Assembly (NCBI GenBank): GCA_965197645.1
Contig: OZ240219.1
Coordinates: 3,136,001-3,200,000, forward strand
Source of the DNA: Dehalococcoidia bacterium
GTDB taxonomy: Bacteria > Chloroflexota > Dehalococcoidia > Plut-88900
Length of the DNA stretch: 64,000 nucleotides
Direction of reading: 5' to 3'
The notes beneath the pieces are model-generated. The model was not told where the DNA came from. It was given only the letters and a program-made list of their open reading frames with translations, and did not search any database. Positions 1 through 11,016 of the stretch are shown one piece after another (the first letter of the stretch is position 1; every line of letters starts with the position of its first letter). A program made the translations under genes and the position numbers.

Positions 1-270
1 GATATCTTTCGAGACGGAATGATCTATTACTACTGAGTCGGAGAAGCGGAGTAAAATGACCCCCCTGACTACCTCCTTGAATTGGAGGAGAGCCCCTTGG
101 GCTCTTGTCATCAGGGGGGGAACCTTTGTACGAAGCTAACATGCTTCCGTGCTAGGTGTCAACCCCCAGGTTGACACAAACACCTGTGCTATTGACCCTC
201 ACGCTAGTGCTAATCAGTTTGTAGAATACCCATCCGAGCAAGGGGACGGGGAGCCTGCGGGTGGAATCCA

Positions 271-510
271 GGGAGTCCAGAGGGCTTCCCTCTGGCAAGG
301 GGTTTGGGGGATGTGCCCCCAAAATAAAAACGTCCCAGGGCGGGTGGGAGGGCAAAACAACCTGGGGCGGGATGTCGCCCTTTCTTCTCTCATGTTATGG
401 GTGCAGGGCTTCGCCCTGCCTCTGGCAGGGAGGTTGGGGGGTGTCCTCCCAATATACAAAACGTCCAAGGGTGGGTGGGACGGCAAACCAACCCTGGGGT
501 GGGGCGGGAC
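271..510 (+). repeat. Modular palindromic intergenic repeat cluster (modules A-B-C-A'-B)
   Basis: Module A (GGGAGTCCAGAGGGCTTCCCTCTGGC...GGGGGATGTGCCCCCAA, 271-322) recurs inverted at 15423-15474 and 13352-13403; the CTCATGTTATGGGTGCAGGGC and AACGTCCCAGGGCGG modules also recur at 15370-15725. Confidence 0.85.
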
Positions 511-512
511 GG

Positions 513-1292
513 CTAGGACAGCCTCGCAGTTAGATCGATGATCTTTTCCGGGTCCTCGTAGGGCATGGCCGACTTTACCGACCGTTGCCGGGCAATCGAC
601 TCCAACCTTTCTATGCCCCGCCTCGTATCGCTGGCAACCCGAGCCGGATCGTTCTTCAGCACCCGGTACTTGAACAGCCAGTAGGTGAACTCCTTCAGCT
701 GCATAGCGGAAAGGGTCCCGTTGTCTTCGTACTCCTTCTCGCTGAGGAACGCCTTGAGCAGGTCCGTCTTGGAGGCGCCGTACACCCTGCCGCAAGCCTC
801 GTTGCCCACGTCCTTGCGTTGGGGCATACCTCGGGCCAACCGCTCCTTGTGGATGCTCTCTTCAACTGCATCCAGCAAAGCGCCCTCCACGTCTATTCCG
901 TACCAGTAGTTCAGCAAGGCGGTGTACTTGGCGCTTCCCACCAGACGTTTAAACTCCTCGGGGGTCAGCTCCAGGGGCGCCCGGGTCTCGAAGAGGAGCC
1001 GCTCCTCTTCCTCCTGGGGAATCAGCCCATCGATGGAATCGCACAGCCGCTCGGCCAGCAGTAGCCAGTCGAACGCCTCGTCAGCTATGAGGTATTTGTA
1101 GTGCTGGCCCTTGTAGACCTCTTCCGGTGCGGTCCAAAGCTGAACGGCGCCGAGCAGGGCTACGTACCAGTGCTCGCCGTTGGTTATGGACTCTCCAAAA
1201 TGGCGGACAGCCTCGTCGGCCGCGGCCTGACCGCTGAAAGACATGCCGGAATCCAGCTGCTGCCCATTGTCTTTTGCATTGTTCTTCGCCAT
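513..1292 (-). CDS. Conserved hypothetical protein (259 aa)
   Basis: ATG directly abuts the polX stop; protein-like composition; no motif recognised. Confidence 0.75.
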   Translation of the reverse strand: MAKNNAKDNGQQLDSGMSFSGQAAADEAVRHFGESITNGEHWYVALLGAVQLWTAPEEVYKGQHYKYLIADEAFDWLLLAERLCDSIDGLIPQEEEERLLFETRAPLELTPEEFKRLVGSAKYTALLNYWYGIDVEGALLDAVEESIHKERLARGMPQRKDVGNEACGRVYGASKTDLLKAFLSEKEYEDNGTLSAMQLKEFTYWLFKYRVLKNDPARVASDTRRGIERLESIARQRSVKSAMPYEDPEKIIDLTARLS

Positions 1293-3044
1293 CTAGGTAG
1301 CCGCTGACACAGGCTCTCGGCGCCTGTTGAAATAGGCCAAAAGCTCGCCGGCGCTCTTGGTGTTCAATATGTGCTTCGCCTCGCACCATCCCCTTCGAGC
1401 TATGGAGACGCCAAGGTCAAGGTTATCGAACTGCTCGACGGCGTGGGAGTCGGAATCTATCACCATGGGCACACCCATCTCCCGAGACCTGTAGATGTAG
1501 CTGTCCTTCAGGTCCAAACGGGAGGGCTGGGCGTCGATCTCCAGGACCGTTCCCGTCTCCAACGCAGTCCTGAAGATGGCATCGATATCCAGCTCCACCG
1601 GCTCTCTACCCCCTATCAATCGACAGGTGGGATGCCCGATTACATCGACGTGAGGGTTGTGCATCGCCTTGATGATACGCTCGGTCATTACCTCGCTGCT
1701 CTGGCCCATGGCCGAGTGGACCGAACCCACCACGACGTCCAGTTTCTCCAGCAGGGCGTCCGGATAGTCCATGGTCCCATCTGCCCGTATGTCGACCTCG
1801 GAGCCGGTCAGCAGCTCGATGCCGTCCATCCGGCTGTTCAGCTCCCTAACCCGATTTATCTGCTCCAGCAGCCGCTCCTCGTTGAGCCCGTTGGCTATGC
1901 CCCTACCTACCGAGTGATCGGTGATGGCTACATACTCCAGGCCCGATTCTCGGGCCGATAGTGCCATCTCTTCCAGGGAGTGCCGGCCATCGCTGGCAGT
2001 AGTGTGGGCGTGTAGGTCGCCCTTGACGTCTCCTGTCTCCAGAAGCTTGGGCAGCGCCCCCTCGGCAGCCATCTCTATCTCACCCAATCCCTCTCGGAGC
2101 TCCGGGGGTATGTACTGGAGGCCCAATCGTTCGTAAAATTCCTCCTCCGTGGCGTATTTTTCGCTCTCGCCGGACTCCACGTCGGTGATGCCATACTCGT
2201 TGAGGCTGAGGCCCTGCCGCCGGGCCCGCTCCCGCAGCAGGACGTTGTGTTGCTGGCTGCCGGTAAAGTACTGGATTAGAGATCCGTATGCATCGTCCTC
2301 CACGATCCTGAGGTCGACCTGTATCCCCTTGTGCACCAGGACGCTGGCCTTCTTTGGCCCGTGCACCAGCACCTCGCTGACCACGGGCAGCGCGACCAAG
2401 GCGTCGATGACCGCTTCCGGGTCCTCGGCTGTGCCCATGATATCCACGTCGCCGATGGTCTCTCGGTATCTGCGCAGACTTCCCGCCGGCGCCAGCTGGT
2501 GTACCCCGGGACAGTTTCGCAGCTCTCCTATGATCTCGCGAACTACGGAGAGGGCCTGCCACAGGGGGATTCGTCGGTCCTTGGTGCCGAGGGTGCGGAC
2601 GTGGCGGAGGATGTTGGTCGCTGCCTTCTCGCCCAGGCCCGGCAACCCGGCTACCGCCCCCGACTCCAAGCCCTTCTCCAGCTCCTCCACGGTCGAGATG
2701 CCCAGCTCACCGCTGATCTTGAGCGCCGTCTTGGGCCCGATGCCGGGCACATCGATGAGGGTGATGACTCCTTCGGGGAACTGGGCCTTGAGCTTCTCGT
2801 AGAATTCCAGCTTGCCGGTGGTCAAGAGCTCCTGCAGCTTCTTGTTGATGGCCGCGCCCACACCCGGGACTTGGGATAAGCCCTTCTCGCCGTCTTGCTG
2901 GAATATCTGGGCCAGCTCCATGGGGTGATGGTCGATGGCCCGAGCAGCCTTCTGATAGGCGCGTATCTTGAAGACCACCTCTCCCTTCAGCTCGAGGAGA
3001 TCCCCTATGTTGTTGAATACGGCTGCCAGTTCAGCGTTGTTCAT
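1293..3044 (-). CDS. polX: DNA polymerase X / PHP 3'-5' exonuclease
   Basis: GSLRR..TIGDVD polymerase motif, YFTGS, PHP motifs DLHAHT, TDHS, DSDSH. Confidence 0.96.
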   Translation of the reverse strand: MNNAELAAVFNNIGDLLELKGEVVFKIRAYQKAARAIDHHPMELAQIFQQDGEKGLSQVPGVGAAINKKLQELLTTGKLEFYEKLKAQFPEGVITLIDVPGIGPKTALKISGELGISTVEELEKGLESGAVAGLPGLGEKAATNILRHVRTLGTKDRRIPLWQALSVVREIIGELRNCPGVHQLAPAGSLRRYRETIGDVDIMGTAEDPEAVIDALVALPVVSEVLVHGPKKASVLVHKGIQVDLRIVEDDAYGSLIQYFTGSQQHNVLLRERARRQGLSLNEYGITDVESGESEKYATEEEFYERLGLQYIPPELREGLGEIEMAAEGALPKLLETGDVKGDLHAHTTASDGRHSLEEMALSARESGLEYVAITDHSVGRGIANGLNEERLLEQINRVRELNSRMDGIELLTGSEVDIRADGTMDYPDALLEKLDVVVGSVHSAMGQSSEVMTERIIKAMHNPHVDVIGHPTCRLIGGREPVELDIDAIFRTALETGTVLEIDAQPSRLDLKDSYIYRSREMGVPMVIDSDSHAVEQFDNLDLGVSIARRGWCEAKHILNTKSAGELLAYFNRRREPVSAAT

Positions 3045-3117
3045 ACAGTTCTCATGCCCGGCTAGGGATAGGTGCGCATTTTTTCCCGGCAGCTGCCGCC
3101 CATTAGCTCAGCCCCCT

Positions 3118-5760
3118 CTACCCACCGTGGCACCGCTTGTACTTCTTGCCACTGCCGCAGGGACAGGGATCGTTGCGGCCGACCTTGCCGAGGGCCACAG
3201 AGCTCGTCCCCTGTTTGGCTTCTCCAGCCGGCTGGGCGGACACCGTGGCAGGCTTCATCCTTGTGCCCCCGTTTTGCATCTGCCCCGGCCCGGCCTGCTG
3301 GCCATTTGCCCCTTTCCTCACGTCGATATGGAAGATGGTCCTCACGATTCCCGTACGAATGCGAGCGGTCAACTCCTGGAACATCTCGTGGCCCTGGCGC
3401 TTGAAGGCGACCAGCGGGTCCCTCTGGCCGTAAGCCTGCAGGAAAATGCCCTGGCGCAGTTGCTCCATGGCCGTGAGGTGGTCGACCCAGTGGGTATCGA
3501 TACTTCGAAACATGACCGCCCGCTCGATAGCCCGCATTGCATCGGGCCCGGCCTTCTCCTCCAGGGCTTGATAGACGGACTCGGCTCGCTCCAGGAGCAG
3601 CTCCTCGATCTCGGTCCTGGATAGCTCGGCCAGCTTCTCGGCGTTTATCTCCGGAGGCAGAGGCAGCAGGCCCAGGACACTGGCGATCAGGCCCTCGACA
3701 TCCCAATCGTCGCCGTGCTCATCGCTGAGGTGGCCGTAGACGTTTTCAACGATCTCGGTTTCGATCATCTCCTTGATGTTGGCCTTCAGGTCGGCTTCTT
3801 GCAGGATCAGGCGGCGCTGGTTGTATATGACCTCCCTGTGGTTGTTGGCCACGTCATCGTACTCGACGAGCCGTTTTCTGATATCGAAGTTGTACCCTTC
3901 CACCTTGGTCTGCGCGCTCTCGACCGACTTGTTAATCCACCGGTGCTCTACGGGAGCGTCATCTTCGATGCCGGCCCAACCCATGATCGACTTGATCTTG
4001 TCGCCTCCAAACCGGCGCATCAATTCGTCTTCCAGGGAGATGTAGAACCGGGACCCACCCGGGTCCCCCTGGCGGCCGGACCTTCCCCGGAGCTGGTTAT
4101 CAATTCGCCGGGCCTCGTGGCGCTCCGTGCCGATGATATGCAGTCCGCCCAGCTCCACTACCTTATCGTGCTCATCCTGCCAGTCCTGGGGAACTCTTCC
4201 ATCGGGGCGGCCTCCAAGGATGATATCCGTGCCTCGGCCGGCCATGTTGGTGGCCACAGTAACGGCGCCGATCCGGCCTGCCTGGGACACTATCATCGCC
4301 TCCCGCTCATGGTGCTTGGCGTTGAGCACCTGGTGGACGATCCCGGCCTTGGTCATCATCTTGCTCAGGTGCTCGGACCTTTCGACGGAGGCTGTGCCTA
4401 TCAGAACGGGGGCGCCTTCATTGTGAAGCTCCTCTACGTCCCGCACCACGGCCTGGTATTTCCCCTCTTCCGACTTGAAGATCTGATCTGCCTGGTCCCC
4501 TCTTACCATCGGCATGTGGGTGGGGATAGTCACCACATCCAGAGTGTATATCTTGTAGAACTCCTCGGACTCTGTGACGGCGGTGCCCGTCATTCCGGCC
4601 AGCTTTTCGTACAGCCGGAAGTAGTTCTGCAGCGTGATGGTGGCCAGGGTTATGCTCTCCCGTTTGATCTGGAGGCCCTCCTTGGCCTCGATGGCCTGAT
4701 GAAGGCCGTCCGAATAGCGGCGCCCCTCCATAAGCCGGCCGGTAAACTCGTCGACGATGATCGCCTCGCGGTCCTTGACCATGTAATCGACGTCCCGCTG
4801 GTAGACCGCGTAAGCTCTCAGGGCGTTTTCCAGATAGTGGGTCAGGGCGTAGTTCTGGGGGTCGTACAGGTTGGAGAGCTTGAGCATCGCCTCCACCCTG
4901 GTGATCCCGTCCTGGGTCAGGGATACCGAGCGGGACTTTTCGTCGATGGTGTAGTCCTTCTCCCGTTCGAGCTGAGGCACGAGGCGGGCCATCGTCTGGT
5001 AGGCCTGGGGGGACTTAGCCGCCTCGCCGCTGATGATCAGGGGGGTCCGGGCCTCGTCGATCAGGATGTTGTCGACCTCGTCCACGATGGCGAAGTGGAG
5101 CTCTTGCTGCACCATTTGCGCCTTGGTCTGGACCATGTTGTCGCGAAGGTAGTCGAACCCGAACTCATTGTTGGTGCCGTAGGTGATGTCGGCCTCGTAG
5201 GCCTCCTGGCGGGACACGGGGGTCAAGTTGTTCAGGGACGGGTCTTCCGTCTCGGATGCGGGATTGAAGAGATAGGCCGTATCGTGCTGGAGGCAGGCCA
5301 CGGTCAGACCCAGCAGATGATAGATCGGCCCCATCCACTGGGTATCCCTTTTCGCCAGGTAATCGTTGACCGTTACCAGGTGTGCCCCGCGACCGGTCAA
5401 CGCGTTGAGGTACATGGGCAGGGTGGCCACCAGGGTCTTGCCTTCGCCGGTCTTCATCTCGGCCACCCGGCCGCTGTGGAGCACCATACCGCCCATGAGC
5501 TGGACATCATAGTGACGCTGGCCGAGGGTGCGCTTGGCAGCCTCCCTTACCGCGGCAAAGGCATCGGGGATAAGGTAGTCCAGCGACTCGCCTTCGTCCA
5601 GGCGGGCGCGGAACTCGTTGGTCTTATTGCGGAGATCCGTATCGGACAGGGCTTCGAATTCGGGCTCGAGACCATTTATGGCGTCGACGACCGGCTCCAG
5701 GCGCGACAGCTCCCGCTCATTGCTATCGCCGGCCAACTTCGAAAGAATTTTGAAAACCAT
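3118..5760 (-). CDS. secA: Preprotein translocase ATPase SecA
   Basis: MKTGEGKT, DEVD, TNMAGRGTDI, GRSGRQGDPG, C-terminal SEC-C motif CPCGSGKKYKRCHG. Confidence 0.99.
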   Translation of the reverse strand: MVFKILSKLAGDSNERELSRLEPVVDAINGLEPEFEALSDTDLRNKTNEFRARLDEGESLDYLIPDAFAAVREAAKRTLGQRHYDVQLMGGMVLHSGRVAEMKTGEGKTLVATLPMYLNALTGRGAHLVTVNDYLAKRDTQWMGPIYHLLGLTVACLQHDTAYLFNPASETEDPSLNNLTPVSRQEAYEADITYGTNNEFGFDYLRDNMVQTKAQMVQQELHFAIVDEVDNILIDEARTPLIISGEAAKSPQAYQTMARLVPQLEREKDYTIDEKSRSVSLTQDGITRVEAMLKLSNLYDPQNYALTHYLENALRAYAVYQRDVDYMVKDREAIIVDEFTGRLMEGRRYSDGLHQAIEAKEGLQIKRESITLATITLQNYFRLYEKLAGMTGTAVTESEEFYKIYTLDVVTIPTHMPMVRGDQADQIFKSEEGKYQAVVRDVEELHNEGAPVLIGTASVERSEHLSKMMTKAGIVHQVLNAKHHEREAMIVSQAGRIGAVTVATNMAGRGTDIILGGRPDGRVPQDWQDEHDKVVELGGLHIIGTERHEARRIDNQLRGRSGRQGDPGGSRFYISLEDELMRRFGGDKIKSIMGWAGIEDDAPVEHRWINKSVESAQTKVEGYNFDIRKRLVEYDDVANNHREVIYNQRRLILQEADLKANIKEMIETEIVENVYGHLSDEHGDDWDVEGLIASVLGLLPLPPEINAEKLAELSRTEIEELLLERAESVYQALEEKAGPDAMRAIERAVMFRSIDTHWVDHLTAMEQLRQGIFLQAYGQRDPLVAFKRQGHEMFQELTARIRTGIVRTIFHIDVRKGANGQQAGPGQMQNGGTRMKPATVSAQPAGEAKQGTSSVALGKVGRNDPCPCGSGKKYKRCHGG

Positions 5761-5766
5761 GTGCCG

Positions 5767-6708
5767 TTACTCGAACAGGGCCCCAACCGACTCGCCTCCG
5801 TGGATTCGGCGAATAGCCTCACCCAACAGGGGTGCCATGGAGAGCACTGTTACCTTTCCGTTTGTTTGTCCGTCCTGTATCGGGACCGTATCGGAAACCA
5901 CCAGCTCCTTGATGTTGGCGCCGGACAATCGCTCTGAGGCCCGTCCGGCGAACACGGGGTGGGTACAGCTGGAATAGACGGCCCTGGCACCCATGGCTTC
6001 CAGGGCCTCTACAGCCGATACCAAAGAGCCGCCGGTCACTATCTCGTCGTCGAGGGTTATAGCCGTCTTGCCGGCGACGTCACCGATGACGTTCATACTC
6101 TCGGCCTCGGACTGGTTGTCCACCCGCCTCTTTTCCACTATGGCCAGGGGCACGTTCATGCGTTCGGCCATCTTTCTGGCATTCTTGGCAGCCCCGACAT
6201 CCGTAGCGACTACGACGACATCTTCCAGCCCCTTCTCCTCGAAATAAGTGCTCAGAATGGGCAGGGCCGTTAGCTCATCCACCGGTATGTTGAAGAACCC
6301 CTGAATCTGACCGGCGTGGAGGTCAACCGTGAGCAGTCTATTGGCTCCGGCGGTGGTAATGATGTCGGCGACGAGCCTAGCGGTGATGGGGACTCGAGGC
6401 TGGTCCTTCTTATCGGTGCGGCCGTAGCCGTAGTAGGGGACCACGGCGGTGATCCGTTTCGCCGAAGCCCTCTTGGCCGCATCGATCATTATGAGCAGCT
6501 CCATGATGCTCTTGTTCACCGGCGAACAGATTGGCTGGACCAGAAACACGTCCCGCTCGCGTATGTTTTCCAGGATCTTTACGAAGATGTTTTCGTTGGG
6601 GAACTCGAACACCTCGGCGTTACCCAGTGGTGTGCTTAGGTACTTGCAGATGTCGTCGGCCAGCTTGGGATGTGCATTACCGGTGAACACCTTGAGCTCG
6701 TCTCTCAC
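5767..6708 (-). CDS. prs: Ribose-phosphate pyrophosphokinase
   Basis: PYYGYGRTDKK, DLHAGQIQGFF, DDEIVTGGS; GTG start at 6708 behind an AAAGGGGG SD (ORF track extends to 6825). Confidence 0.95.
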   Translation of the reverse strand: MRDELKVFTGNAHPKLADDICKYLSTPLGNAEVFEFPNENIFVKILENIRERDVFLVQPICSPVNKSIMELLIMIDAAKRASAKRITAVVPYYGYGRTDKKDQPRVPITARLVADIITTAGANRLLTVDLHAGQIQGFFNIPVDELTALPILSTYFEEKGLEDVVVVATDVGAAKNARKMAERMNVPLAIVEKRRVDNQSEAESMNVIGDVAGKTAITLDDEIVTGGSLVSAVEALEAMGARAVYSSCTHPVFAGRASERLSGANIKELVVSDTVPIQDGQTNGKVTVLSMAPLLGEAIRRIHGGESVGALFE

Positions 6709-6920
6709 ACTGCTACCCCCTTTGAATTTCGAGTGCCGCTCACCGTCCCGCCGGCCTGTCCGGTGTAGTTCCGACGGTCGATCAGGGTTACAAACACTAT
6801 CAGAAGCAAGCCCGCCCGAAAACAACGTGGCTGGGCATGGACGTTAGCAATTATATCATAGCTCTCGCCCCACTCGACTTGGGAGACGTGGTGTCAAACC
6901 TTATTTTACAGGCAACGCAA

Positions 6921-6956
6921 AGCGGCCCCGTCCTTCCCGAGAAGGACGGGGCCGCT
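6921..6956 (-). terminator. Intrinsic terminator after the clp ATPase gene
   Basis: Perfect 16-bp stem AGCGGCCCCGTCCTTC/GAAGGACGGGGCCGCT with a 4-nt loop, 20 nt past the stop codon; short T-run on the minus strand. Confidence 0.8.
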
Positions 6957-6976
6957 GCCTGATATTCTCACCGCGG

Positions 6977-9424
6977 CTAATGAACTGCCGCCCCCACCTT
7001 TTCAGCGACATTGAAGACCAGTTCATCGTCGCCGGCGTCCACGATTACCTCGGTCCCGTCCATGTATTCATCAGCCAATATCTTCCTGGCCATGGGAGTC
7101 TCTACGTACCTCTGGATAGTCCTCTTTAGCGGCCTCGCCCCGAAGGCGGGGTCGTAACCCTTTTGGGAGAGCCAGGACCTGGCCGCATCCGTCAGCTGTA
7201 CCGTTATCCCGTTCTCAAGAAGCCGCCCCTGCACCTCTATCATCAGCAGGTCTACGATCTTCCCGAGCTGCTCCTGGGTGAGCCGGTGGAAAACGATTAT
7301 CTCGTCGATCCGGTTCAGGAACTCGGGGCGGAAGGCCTGTTTCAACGCCTTCTGAACGTTTGCCCTGAGCCGCTCCTCGTCGGCTACCGTGGTTTCGGTC
7401 TGGCGGAACCCGAAGCTTTCTTGCTGGAACTCGATGGTGCCGATGTTGCTGGTCATTATGACCACGGTGTTGGAGAAGTCCACCGTTCGACCGTGACCAT
7501 CGGTCAGCCGGCCGTCCTCCAGTATCTGCAACAGGACGCCGAAGACATCCGGGTGCGCCTTCTCGATTTCATCGAACAACACCACCCGGTACGGGTGCCT
7601 CCTGACCGCCTCGGTGAGCTGTCCCGCCTCATCGTACCCCACGTATCCGGGAGGGGCGCCGATCAACCTGGACACCGTATGCTTCTCCATGTACTCCGAC
7701 ATGTCGATGCGGACCATGTTGTCCTCGTCGTCGAAAAGGTATCCGGTGAGGGCCCGGGCCAGCTCGGTCTTGCCTACGCCGGTGGGGCCGAGGAAGATGA
7801 AGCTGCCGATGGGCCGCTTGTGGTCTTTGAGGCCGGCCCTCGCCCTCCGGATCGCTTCGGACACGCCTGCGATGGCTTCCGTCTGACCGATGACCCTTTC
7901 CTGCAGCCGCTCCTCCATCTGGAGCAGCTTCTCCGCCTCGCCCTCGAGGATCTGGGTCAAGGGTATCCCGGTCCACTTGGATATGATTTCTCCGATGTCT
8001 CCTTCATCCACCACTTCATCCAGCTTCTCGCTGAGGAGCCAGGCCTGGCGGGCCTCGGAGCATCTGCTCTCCAGGGCCAGGCGTTGAGCCTTTAGCTCCG
8101 CCCCCTTCTGAAAGTCATTCAGCTGGGCCGCGCTCTCCTCCTGGTTGGCGAGGGCCTCTATCCCTCGCTCCATCCCCTTGACCTCATCGGGAGCGCTCTC
8201 CATATCGATGCGAAGCTTGCTGGAGGCCTCGTCTATCAGATCGATGGCCTTGTCGGGCAGGAACCTGTCCGAAATGTAGCGATCGCCAAGCTTGGCCGCC
8301 GCCGTCAGCGCCGAATCATCGATCTCGATCTTGTGATGGGCCTCATACCGCGGCTTCAGTCCCCTGAGCATTTCGATGGTGTCTTCAATGCTGGGCTCCT
8401 CAACCTGCACCGGCTGGAAACGCCGCTCCAGGGCAGCGTCCTTCTCTATGTACTTCCGGTACTCCTCCAGGGTTGTAGCGCCGACGCACTGGAGCTCACC
8501 CCGGGCCAGTGCCGGTTTCAGCATGGAGCTGGCATCGATGGAGCCTTCGGCGGCGCCCGCTCCCACCACGGTGTGAATCTCATCGATGAACAGGACTATT
8601 TCGCCGTGGGCGCGCTTAATTTCATCCATGACGGCCTTCAACCGCTCCTCGAACTCGCCCCGGAACTTGCTGCCGGCCACCAGGGAGGCCATATCCAGCG
8701 ATATCACCTTCCTGCCCTTCAGCGAGTCGGGCACATCGTCAGCCACGATTCTCTGGGCGAGACCCTCGGCGATGGCCGTCTTGCCGACGCCCGCCTCCCC
8801 AACTATCACCGGGTTGTTCTTGGTACGACGGGTAAGCACCTGCATGACCCGCCTGATCTCCTCGTCCCGCCCGATAACCGGGTCCACCTTGCCCTCTCTC
8901 GCCTGCTCCGTCAGGTCTATGCTGTATTTCTCCAAGGCCCGGTACTTGCTCTCCGCCCTCTGATCGGTTACCCGCTGTGACCCTCTGATATCCTGCAAAG
9001 CCTGGTACACCTTCTCCTGGTCCACCGCGAAGGCCCTCAGTATCTCTGCAGCATCGCCGGTGCGTTCAGCTACAACCGCTATCAGAAGGTGCTCCACGCC
9101 AATGTACTCATCAGTGAGCCGCTGGGCCTCGGCCTCGGCCTGCTTCATCAGCTGCTGGACCCTGGGAGTGATGTATATCTGGCCGGTCTGCTCGTCCAAC
9201 TTGGGGGCTTTCTCTAGCGCCTCGTTGACCTTGCTCCGCACGAGGTCCGCATCTACCCCTAGCTTTGCCAGTATCTCCAAGGTCAGGCCACCCTGCTGCT
9301 GCAATAGGGCCAGCAGAATATGCTCCACGTCCCACTGGGTATGGCCCATCTCTCTCACCATCTCCTGGGAGGCGGCCAACACCTCCTGGGCCTGTTCCGT
9401 GAATCTGTCCTGTTTGAAAACCAT
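6977..9424 (-). CDS. clpC: Clp/Hsp100 AAA+ ATPase, ClpC-like
   Basis: Clp N-domain, two Walker A motifs ([16 protein letters not shown]), short UVR-type middle domain, FGF ClpP-docking-like loop. Confidence 0.85.
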   Translation of the reverse strand: MVFKQDRFTEQAQEVLAASQEMVREMGHTQWDVEHILLALLQQQGGLTLEILAKLGVDADLVRSKVNEALEKAPKLDEQTGQIYITPRVQQLMKQAEAEAQRLTDEYIGVEHLLIAVVAERTGDAAEILRAFAVDQEKVYQALQDIRGSQRVTDQRAESKYRALEKYSIDLTEQAREGKVDPVIGRDEEIRRVMQVLTRRTKNNPVIVGEAGVGKTAIAEGLAQRIVADDVPDSLKGRKVISLDMASLVAGSKFRGEFEERLKAVMDEIKRAHGEIVLFIDEIHTVVGAGAAEGSIDASSMLKPALARGELQCVGATTLEEYRKYIEKDAALERRFQPVQVEEPSIEDTIEMLRGLKPRYEAHHKIEIDDSALTAAAKLGDRYISDRFLPDKAIDLIDEASSKLRIDMESAPDEVKGMERGIEALANQEESAAQLNDFQKGAELKAQRLALESRCSEARQAWLLSEKLDEVVDEGDIGEIISKWTGIPLTQILEGEAEKLLQMEERLQERVIGQTEAIAGVSEAIRRARAGLKDHKRPIGSFIFLGPTGVGKTELARALTGYLFDDEDNMVRIDMSEYMEKHTVSRLIGAPPGYVGYDEAGQLTEAVRRHPYRVVLFDEIEKAHPDVFGVLLQILEDGRLTDGHGRTVDFSNTVVIMTSNIGTIEFQQESFGFRQTETTVADEERLRANVQKALKQAFRPEFLNRIDEIIVFHRLTQEQLGKIVDLLMIEVQGRLLENGITVQLTDAARSWLSQKGYDPAFGARPLKRTIQRYVETPMARKILADEYMDGTEVIVDAGDDELVFNVAEKVGAAVH

Positions 9425-9439
9425 TGCTTACCCCCTTCC

Positions 9440-9796
9440 CTATCCTTCAACGTCTCCGGTTGACTCTGCATCAACTACCTGGCGATCGCGACCCGCGACC
9501 CGAGCCAGTTCGGCCTCCAGGTCCCGAATCTTCTCTTCCATATCCCTGATCCTGTTGGCCATGTGGAGTATCACCTCCACTCCTGCAAGGTTGACTCCCA
9601 GATCGTCCACCAACGATTTGATGCGCCGTAGCTGCTCAACGTCCCGGGGCGAATAGAAACGTGTGTTACCTTGAGAGCGGGACGGCTTGATCAGCCCGGC
9701 CCTCTCGTAATATCTGAGGGTCTGCACGTGCACGCCCACCATTTGTGCGGCAATGCTGATTACGTAGCGCGGTGCTCTCCAGTCGTCAAAGGCCAT
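9440..9796 (-). CDS. hspR: MerR-family heat-shock repressor HspR
   Basis: YVISIAAQMVGVHVQTLRYYER and LGVNLAGV motifs; lies between dnaJ and clp. Confidence 0.9.
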   Translation of the reverse strand: MAFDDWRAPRYVISIAAQMVGVHVQTLRYYERAGLIKPSRSQGNTRFYSPRDVEQLRRIKSLVDDLGVNLAGVEVILHMANRIRDMEEKIRDLEAELARVAGRDRQVVDAESTGDVEG

Positions 9797-9798
9797 GT

Positions 9799-10779
9799 CT
9801 ATTCACCTTTGCCTTCCCTGATCTTCTTGAGCTGCCTGAACAGGTCCAGCTCTTCTTCGCTCATTTCATTGGGAAGCACTACTTTCACTTTTGCGAGCAG
9901 GTCACCCTTGCCGTCTTTGTTGAGGGCCGGCATACCCTTGCCCCTCAACCTGAAGGTACGTCCGCTCTGGGTCCCCTGAGGAATCTTCAGCGAGACCTTT
10001 CCGTTCATGGTCTCCACCTGGACCTCGCCTCCCAGCACTACATCGACGAGGGGCACCGGCACCTCGACGTGGAGGTCCACGCCCTTCCTGACGAACTTAC
10101 CGTGCGGCTTAACCTCGACTACCAGGTAGATTGCGGAGACCCGGCCTTCCTGGCCGCTGGGGCTGATCCTGACCCTGGTGCCGGTATCGACGCCGGCCGG
10201 GACCTTGACTTCCAGCCTCCTGGGATCGCGGACTCCCCCGGCTCCTCCGCATTTGGGGCAGATGTTCTGTCCCCTTGCACCGGAGCCGGCACACGCGGGA
10301 CAGGGCCGTTGATCGACATACTCGATGATCCGACTGGTTCCCCTATACGCCTCCTCCAACGTCACCTCTATCGGGTGCTCTACCGAAGGAGCAGGACGGG
10401 TCTCGAACGTTTCGCCAAAAGGGCTCCTGCCGCGGTTTCTCATCACCGATGAGAGAATGTCATCGAAAGCACCGTGGCCTACCCTCGTTTGGGGGCCTCC
10501 CTGCGATTCGAAGGTCCAGCTGAAGGACTGGGGGCCCCTGCCAAAGAACTCCTCGAAGTTCCAACCGCGCCCTCGCTGGTCGTACTGTTGACGAGCCTCC
10601 TGGTTGGAGAGTACCTGATAGGCCTCGTTGACCTCCTTGAACTTCTCGGAGGCCTGGTTGTCCCCCGGGTTCACATCCGGATGATGCTTGCGAGCCAGCC
10701 GCCTGAAGGCTTTCTGGATCTCTTTTTCGGAGGCGTCTTTGGGAACGCCCAATATGTCGTAGTAGCTCTTGTCAGCCAT
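9799..10779 (-). CDS. DnaJ/CbpA-family co-chaperone
   Basis: J-domain with HPD, two CxxCxGxG repeats, DnaJ C-terminal domain; ATG at 10779. Confidence 0.93.
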   Translation of the reverse strand: MADKSYYDILGVPKDASEKEIQKAFRRLARKHHPDVNPGDNQASEKFKEVNEAYQVLSNQEARQQYDQRGRGWNFEEFFGRGPQSFSWTFESQGGPQTRVGHGAFDDILSSVMRNRGRSPFGETFETRPAPSVEHPIEVTLEEAYRGTSRIIEYVDQRPCPACAGSGARGQNICPKCGGAGGVRDPRRLEVKVPAGVDTGTRVRISPSGQEGRVSAIYLVVEVKPHGKFVRKGVDLHVEVPVPLVDVVLGGEVQVETMNGKVSLKIPQGTQSGRTFRLRGKGMPALNKDGKGDLLAKVKVVLPNEMSEEELDLFRQLKKIREGKGE

Positions 10780-10806
10780 TGGAGTACACCGGCTATCAGT
10801 GTGACT

Positions 10807-10835
10807 ATCATACAACCTTCTAGTAAATCTGTCAA
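10807..10835 (-). promoter_or_regulatory. Sigma70-type promoter of dnaJ-hspR-clpC
   Basis: TTGACA-17 nt-TATGAT on the minus strand. Confidence 0.8.
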
Positions 10836-10863
10836 TGGTTTTATTAGATTAGTGCCTTAGTTA

Positions 10864-10893
10864 GTTGACAATCTCATTATCAAGTATTATACT
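10864..10893 (+). promoter_or_regulatory. Sigma70-type promoter of hsp20 with overlapping HAIR-like inverted repeat
   Basis: TTGACA(10865)-17 nt-TATACT(10888); gTTGAca-N7-taTCAAG at 10864-10884 resembles the HspR operator CTTGAGT-N7-ACTCAAG. Confidence 0.75.
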
Positions 10894-11016
10894 GTTACCA
10901 CCAGAGGAATGAAGCAGCAGTTGCAAAAGGAGGTGGCCGCCAAAGCGATAGAAACTCCATAGCTTCATCGACCAGCTCGAAACTACAAGCACACAGTTCA
11001 GAAAGGATAACGTAAC

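Noticed and set aside
271-510. CRISPR array
   Set aside because: No regularly spaced identical repeats with unique spacers here or elsewhere in the window, and no cas genes
149-541. Short ORFs sharing peptides with ORFs at 15411-15671
   Set aside because: The similarity comes from the non-coding repeat modules, not from real paralogous genes
3715-5937. 740-aa plus-strand ORF
   Set aside because: Antisense shadow of secA, a common result of GC-rich codon bias; no motifs
6709-6860. PRPP/ykkC-type riboswitch in the prs leader
   Set aside because: The conserved CTAGGGTTCCG and 3' AAAAG-CC motifs are absent
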